From Candidatus Bathyarchaeota archaeon (GTDB lineage Archaea; Thermoproteota; Bathyarchaeia; Bathyarchaeales; Bathycorpusculaceae), in the NCBI GenBank assembly GCA_963828195.1, contig CAWHDT010000001.1:224001-288000 (forward strand): a stretch of 64,000 bases of DNA, written 5' to 3'. Below are positions 59,170 through 64,000 of this stretch, in pieces. A program made the position numbers and the translations under genes. The notes beneath the pieces are model-generated. The model made no database searches. It was not told the DNA's origin and was given only the letters and a program-made list of their open reading frames with translations. How positions within the stretch are numbered: the stretch's first letter is position 1; each line of letters begins with the position of its first letter.

Positions 59170-59871
59170 ATGGGTACAAGTTTCGAATATAGCAAAACTT
59201 TGGCTGGCGAAGGCTCAATACTGCTTTTACTAGGTTTAGTTCCCTACGTAGGCTGGGTATTGGGCATCATTGGTGGAATACTGCTTCTCAGAGGTGTCAA
59301 AGAACTTGCAAATTACTATCACGATAACGAAATCTACCAGAATACACTAACAGGCGTCAAATACTACATAATTGCTTTGATCGCTGCGGCAGTGGCCATT
59401 ACGGGGATATTGATCGGCGTTGGAACCGCAACAGGCTTCAAATATTCATCACACTTCGCGTTAACTGCGGGCTTCGGAATTGGATTAGCAATTTTCTTTG
59501 GCGGGCTTATAATCGCTTTCATATTCTTTGTACTTGCGTCATTGCGCCTAAGAGAAACCTTCAACACGCTCGCGCAGAAGTCAGGAGAGCACTCGTTTAC
59601 AACAACTGCCACTTTACTTTGGTGGGGCTCCCTACTAACCATAATAGGTATCGGCTTAATTCTGATATTCATCGCTTGGATATTCGCAGTAATCGGCTTC
59701 TTCTCCATGAAATCTCAGCAACAAAATGCCACACAACAATACAGTTACACTCCACCTTCCATCTCAGGACCCACAGCAACGCCATCTCAAACGGCACGGT
59801 ACTGTTCATACTGCGGCGCACCAGTAAAGCCCGATGCAATTTATTGCCCTAATTGCGGAAAACAACTATAA
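59170..59871 (+). CDS. DUF996-family membrane protein with C-terminal zinc ribbon
   Basis: K.LAG.GSIL.LL..VP.VG.VLGIIG, L.WWG..LTII.IG and YCSYCG...YCPNCG motifs. Confidence 0.8.
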   Translation: MGTSFEYSKTLAGEGSILLLLGLVPYVGWVLGIIGGILLLRGVKELANYYHDNEIYQNTLTGVKYYIIALIAAAVAITGILIGVGTATGFKYSSHFALTAGFGIGLAIFFGGLIIAFIFFVLASLRLRETFNTLAQKSGEHSFTTTATLLWWGSLLTIIGIGLILIFIAWIFAVIGFFSMKSQQQNATQQYSYTPPSISGPTATPSQTARYCSYCGAPVKPDAIYCPNCGKQL

Positions 59872-60084
59872 CTTAAAACCCTTTTTTTATTTTTTTATAT
59901 TTATCAGATCCTCAGTTTTCACCTTGCATTTACAAGGAATAAGGCAGAAAAATTGATTTTAGGTTAATCAGGAATAATAGATTATTTGCAAGGGCATTTT
60001 TTCATCAAAAAAATGTTTTTTTTTAAGTAACGGTTAAAAGGCAACGATGCACACAATATTCAAACAATCAAAGGCTGATTCAAC

Positions 60085-60705
60085 ATGCAATCTGCTAAAA
60101 CCGAGCAAAAAAGAAAATTTGTAGCCGTTGACCCGGGCAAGTGCATCGGCTGCGGGATCTGCGAGTATGCTTGCACTCTTGAAAAAGGAGAAGGCATCTG
60201 GAACCCAATGAAGTCCCGAATCCGAGTTGTCCGCATGGCTCCACTCTTTAACTTTGCACTCTCATGTCGAGGATGCAAAGACGCCAGATGCGTTAAGGCG
60301 TGTCCGGAAAACGCGATTTCGCAATCAGAAGAAACCGGTTTACTAATCATTGATGACAAAAAATGTAAAGGCTGTGACTGGTGCGTTCAAGCCTGTGAAC
60401 ACGGAGGAATCACAATCAACTGCGACACAGGGAAAGCTATTGCATGCGACCTCTGTCAAGGCGAACCCAAATGCAAAGAAGCGTGCCCAGAAGAAGCCTT
60501 GGAAATCGTGGATTCAGATGAGGCCGCAGAAAAACTCTTCAACGGGGCACTGGAAAAACTGCCCGCACAATGCGACCAGCTAACCGTCACTGTCAAAAAC
60601 AAAGACTGGAAACCCCTGTTGGCAGTTGCAGAGAAACGCTCTGAGAAAGTCACAAAGACGCTTGAAACGTTAAACAAGAAGGCAATGGCTAAAAAACAGA
60701 AATAG
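60085..60705 (+). CDS. 4Fe-4S dicluster ferredoxin-like protein
   Basis: Four Cys clusters (CIGCGICEYAC, CRGC...C..ACP, CKGCDWC..AC, CDLC...C..ACP). Confidence 0.88.
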   Translation: MQSAKTEQKRKFVAVDPGKCIGCGICEYACTLEKGEGIWNPMKSRIRVVRMAPLFNFALSCRGCKDARCVKACPENAISQSEETGLLIIDDKKCKGCDWCVQACEHGGITINCDTGKAIACDLCQGEPKCKEACPEEALEIVDSDEAAEKLFNGALEKLPAQCDQLTVTVKNKDWKPLLAVAEKRSEKVTKTLETLNKKAMAKKQK

Positions 60706-60714
60706 CCTCCTTTT

Positions 60715-61566
60715 CTAAATTTTGTTTTCTTCGTAGCCTCTCAAAAACATGTCAATATCTACCCCAACTTTTTCACCTACGTAGCCGCCTTCCAAAACAA
60801 AAAACGCGGGTTTGCCGAGCAAAGCAACCTTTTTTCCAATCTCAAAATAATCCTTTTCGATTAAGCCTAAGGACGCTAAATCGCCCAGATGTGTATCGAA
60901 ACCCGCGGAAACCGCAAGCACCTCAAACCTGCCTAAATCAACTGTTTCCAAGGCCTTGTCCAGCGTTTCCAAGTATCTTTTTCCCCCGCAAGTTGTTGGC
61001 AAAGCAAAATTGACACTGTTGCCCTGAGTGGAAGAGCCTGTTCCAGGATAATTAGGCGATTCGTGCAGCGAAACGTAGAGGATTTTGTCGTCTCCTTGAA
61101 AAATCTCCTGGGTTCCGTTGCCGTGGTGTCCGTCGATGTCCAGAATCAGCGTTTTTTTGTTCAATTTTTTAACGGCTATTGCGATGTTGTTGAGATAGCA
61201 AAACCCACGTGTGTTAACACCCAAAGCAGCGCCATTTCTGCCAACATGGTGCCCCGGCGGACGCATAAGGGAAAACCCGTTAATTTTTGAGGCTAAAAGT
61301 GCGGCGCCGACCGAAAGCTTGGCAAACTCGTAGATTCTGTCGTATGCAGGTGTATCTGGATCTTCAACTAAACCTTTCTTTAGGTTCCAAAGGTAATCTG
61401 AATCATGAACTGTTAACAAGTCTTCTTCGCTTGCAGGTGTTGGCTCCAAAAACTCGTAACCTTTGGCTTTGAGGATTTCAGATGCAATTTTAACACGTTG
61501 AGGTCCTTCAACGTGCCATGTGCCGTAGCCTAAACATTTTTCTGAGTAAACAATCTTTGTCTTCAT
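60715..61566 (-). CDS. Histone deacetylase-family protein
   Basis: RPPGHH, GFCYLNN, DIDGHHGNGTQ, SAGFD and LEGGY motifs. Confidence 0.9.
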   Translation of the reverse strand: MKTKIVYSEKCLGYGTWHVEGPQRVKIASEILKAKGYEFLEPTPASEEDLLTVHDSDYLWNLKKGLVEDPDTPAYDRIYEFAKLSVGAALLASKINGFSLMRPPGHHVGRNGAALGVNTRGFCYLNNIAIAVKKLNKKTLILDIDGHHGNGTQEIFQGDDKILYVSLHESPNYPGTGSSTQGNSVNFALPTTCGGKRYLETLDKALETVDLGRFEVLAVSAGFDTHLGDLASLGLIEKDYFEIGKKVALLGKPAFFVLEGGYVGEKVGVDIDMFLRGYEENKI

Positions 61567-61653
61567 TGTTAACTCCATTAAACAGATAAGTGACGCTTTC
61601 ATTTAAAATATCACCTTCCCCAGTTACTCTCCAAGCAATCGGAGACAAATTTA

Positions 61654-63603
61654 ATGATTTCAGAAAATCCCTTTGATCAATTTCGCCAAGAATGCCAGGC
61701 AGCGTTGACGCATGCGTTAAAGAAGGCTTTGCCAGAAATAAAAACGCCCCCTATAACGTTAAGTAAAACGCCAAATATTGAATATGGCCAGTTAGCTTCG
61801 TCTCTATGTTTTGAGTTGGCGAAGAAACTGAACCAAAAGCCGCTGGATCTCGCGGGGGTTCTTGTCGCAGCAATCGACAAATCCAGCTTTAACTTGATTG
61901 AGCAGGTTTCGTGCGCGGGTGCAGGGTACATAAATTTCTATGTTAACTTCGCCAAGTTTTCAGCTTTAACTTTGGAGTCAATTAAGCAGTTAAAGTTCGA
62001 TTATGGCTTTGTCAAGACTGCTGAGCCAACCAAAATCATTGTCGAGCATACAAGCGTTAATCCGCTTCATCCAATCCACATCGGGCAAGCCAGAAACCCC
62101 ATGTTAGGCGACGCTTTAGCACGCATTTTAGAGTGCAGGGGAAACACAGTTTCACGCCACTACTATATTGACGATGTCGGCAGGCAATCATCTGTAGTCG
62201 CCTACGGCTACAATAAGCTCGGCAGGCCAAAGCCAACGGAGAAGCCTGACCTTTTTGTTGGCAAAATCTACACCGTGACCAGTTGCCTTGTAGAAATTAA
62301 CCGTTTGAAGAGACTGCGGGAACTCGCAATTGCTGTTCATTCAAGTGACGATTTAGTTAAAGCAAATAAGGAAATTGACGAGTGGATGTCAATTGCCGCT
62401 GAACTTAAAGAAAAGTACCCTGTGCTTTTTGAAGCGTTAATGGCTAAAATCGGCGAGGACGAAAATCCAGAGGAGGAAATAAACCGGTTGAACCGAGCTT
62501 ACGAGGATGGAGAACCCCGCGCTAAACAGCTTATTCGCGAAGTCAGCGATTTGTGCCTCGAAGGCTTCAGGGAAACGCTGAAGCGGGTTGGAGTTACTTA
62601 CGACTCGTGGGATTGGGAAAGCGACTTTGTATGGAGCACGCAAGTCAGTGAGGTTTTGCGGAAGCTTAAGACTTCGCCCTTTGTTTACAGCGAAAAAGGC
62701 GTGTTGGAGTTTGACGCGGAAAAGGTAGTTGAGGTCCTAAAGTTGAAGCCGAAGTTGGGTTTAAGCGAGAACAACGAGGTTTCCCCTTTAACGCTTGGGC
62801 GTGCCGACGGCACCTCACTATACACAACACGCGATATAGCCTATACACTGTGGAAGTTTAAGCAAGCAAAAAAAGTCATCAATGTAATCGGCATGGAGCA
62901 ATCGCTGGCGCAGCTGCAGCTTAAAATTGCGCTCTACGCCTTAGGCTGCGGCGAATACGCTGGTAATCTGGTTCATTTCGCCTACAACCTGGTTACTTTG
63001 CCCGGTTACAAGATGAGCAGCCGCCGGGGACACTACATCACGTTGGACCAGGTTCTTGACGAAGCGGTTCAACGAGCCTACGAAGAAGTTTCGAAGCGCT
63101 CCCCCCAGCTTTCCGAGGAGGAAAAACGGAAAATCGCCAGCTTCGTCGGTTTAGGGGCGGTGCGTTACGCTCTTGTCGATGTTGACTCGTCTAAGCCAGT
63201 CGTATTTACTTGGGAACGCGTGCTTAACTTCGAAACCAACAGTGCACCATACGTTCAGTACACCCACGCGAGGGCATGCAGCATTTTGCGTAAAGCCGCA
63301 AGAGAACCCGAAAACCCCGATTACAGCCTGCTCAACGAAAAGCTTGAGCGCGAGCTCATCATGAACCTCTCAAGCTTCCCAGACACATTCATCGAAGCCA
63401 CAGAATACCTAAAACCCAACTTAATCGCCGACTACACCAACGCGTTAGCAGACAAATTCAACACCTTCTACAACGCGTTGCCAGTGCTGAAGGCTGGGAC
63501 AGAGGGGCTTGTTGATGCACGTTTGACATTGACGAACGCTATAGAGACTGTGATGCATAATGCTTTGACGCTTATCGGGGTTACGGCACCAGAAAAAATG
63601 TGA
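61654..63603 (+). CDS. argS: Arginine--tRNA ligase
   Basis: EHTSVNP.HPIHIG (HIGH), RADGT.LY.TRD, KMSSRRG, Y.QY.HARA.SI and C-terminal PEKM. Confidence 0.96.
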   Translation: MISENPFDQFRQECQAALTHALKKALPEIKTPPITLSKTPNIEYGQLASSLCFELAKKLNQKPLDLAGVLVAAIDKSSFNLIEQVSCAGAGYINFYVNFAKFSALTLESIKQLKFDYGFVKTAEPTKIIVEHTSVNPLHPIHIGQARNPMLGDALARILECRGNTVSRHYYIDDVGRQSSVVAYGYNKLGRPKPTEKPDLFVGKIYTVTSCLVEINRLKRLRELAIAVHSSDDLVKANKEIDEWMSIAAELKEKYPVLFEALMAKIGEDENPEEEINRLNRAYEDGEPRAKQLIREVSDLCLEGFRETLKRVGVTYDSWDWESDFVWSTQVSEVLRKLKTSPFVYSEKGVLEFDAEKVVEVLKLKPKLGLSENNEVSPLTLGRADGTSLYTTRDIAYTLWKFKQAKKVINVIGMEQSLAQLQLKIALYALGCGEYAGNLVHFAYNLVTLPGYKMSSRRGHYITLDQVLDEAVQRAYEEVSKRSPQLSEEEKRKIASFVGLGAVRYALVDVDSSKPVVFTWERVLNFETNSAPYVQYTHARACSILRKAAREPENPDYSLLNEKLERELIMNLSSFPDTFIEATEYLKPNLIADYTNALADKFNTFYNALPVLKAGTEGLVDARLTLTNAIETVMHNALTLIGVTAPEKM

Positions 63604-63623
63604 GACGGTTCTTGGCTCTTTTT

Positions 63624-63870
63624 TAAAAGAACAACAACACTCAAAAAACAACTGTTGTTCTTCTAACCGTGATTAAAACGGCTTGTTTTAGGCTGCATTT
63701 TTGAATTTTTCTATTTTGAATTCGTAGCGCTTGGTTTGATTATGGGTTAAAGATGTTTTTTCAAAAGAAGAAGCTTGGAAAAAATGTTTTTCTTCTTCTT
63801 CTTCCTTCTTGGATGATTGTTCTGTTTTAGGTTGTTTTTTGGTTTAGCGTGTTGAATTATGTTGCAGGTG
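63624..63870 (+). repeat. Dispersed intergenic hairpin repeat, copy C (most complete)
   Basis: Carries the AAGAACAACA/TGTTGTTCTT hairpin, the (GAA)n/(TTC)n hairpin and the spacer shared with copy B. Confidence 0.8.
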
Positions 63871-64000
63871 CATTATTGACTGTTTTCTCTACGGCAAATT
63901 TCATATACAAGCCAATTAACATAAAACGAGGTGCATACTAATGAGTAATCCATACTTCAAAAAGAAACTCCAACCAATCAAAGTAAAACAGAAAAGCATC

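Overview
Archaeal chromosomal window, most consistent with Bathyarchaeia. This is inferred from TACK-type gene order and an expanded family of beta-propeller surface proteins. Most of it is housekeeping: ppsA, dph2, csl4, rpoL, tfs, pcna, priL/priS, two GINS subunits, rpl44e/rps27e/nop10, mcm, gdhA, rfcL/rfcS, nfi, translin, tyw1, rpoP, trm5, trm112, sugar-nucleotide genes, guaA, cysE/cysK, tRNA-Leu(GAG) and argS. The most notable accessory system is three paralogous secreted, C-terminally anchored beta-propeller proteins. Each sits beside a TrmB or Lrp regulator, follows the same TTGGTAGTCG promoter box, and is followed by a conserved ~110-nt stem-loop with bulge-helix-bulge-like geometry and a variable core. 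An archaeosortase and tRNA 3'-end remnants flank the first copy. Other oddities: the expected aIF2-alpha gene is collapsed to a 14-codon remnant, there are five AAAGTCGCAA direct repeats and a dispersed (GAA)n/(TTC)n hairpin repeat, two enzymes appear to have lost catalytic residues, one acyltransferase is frameshifted, and a triple palindromic operator lies next to a membrane-anchored regulator. No CRISPR array, transposase, integrase or reverse transcriptase was seen. All calls come from reading the sequence; no searches or folding programs were run.
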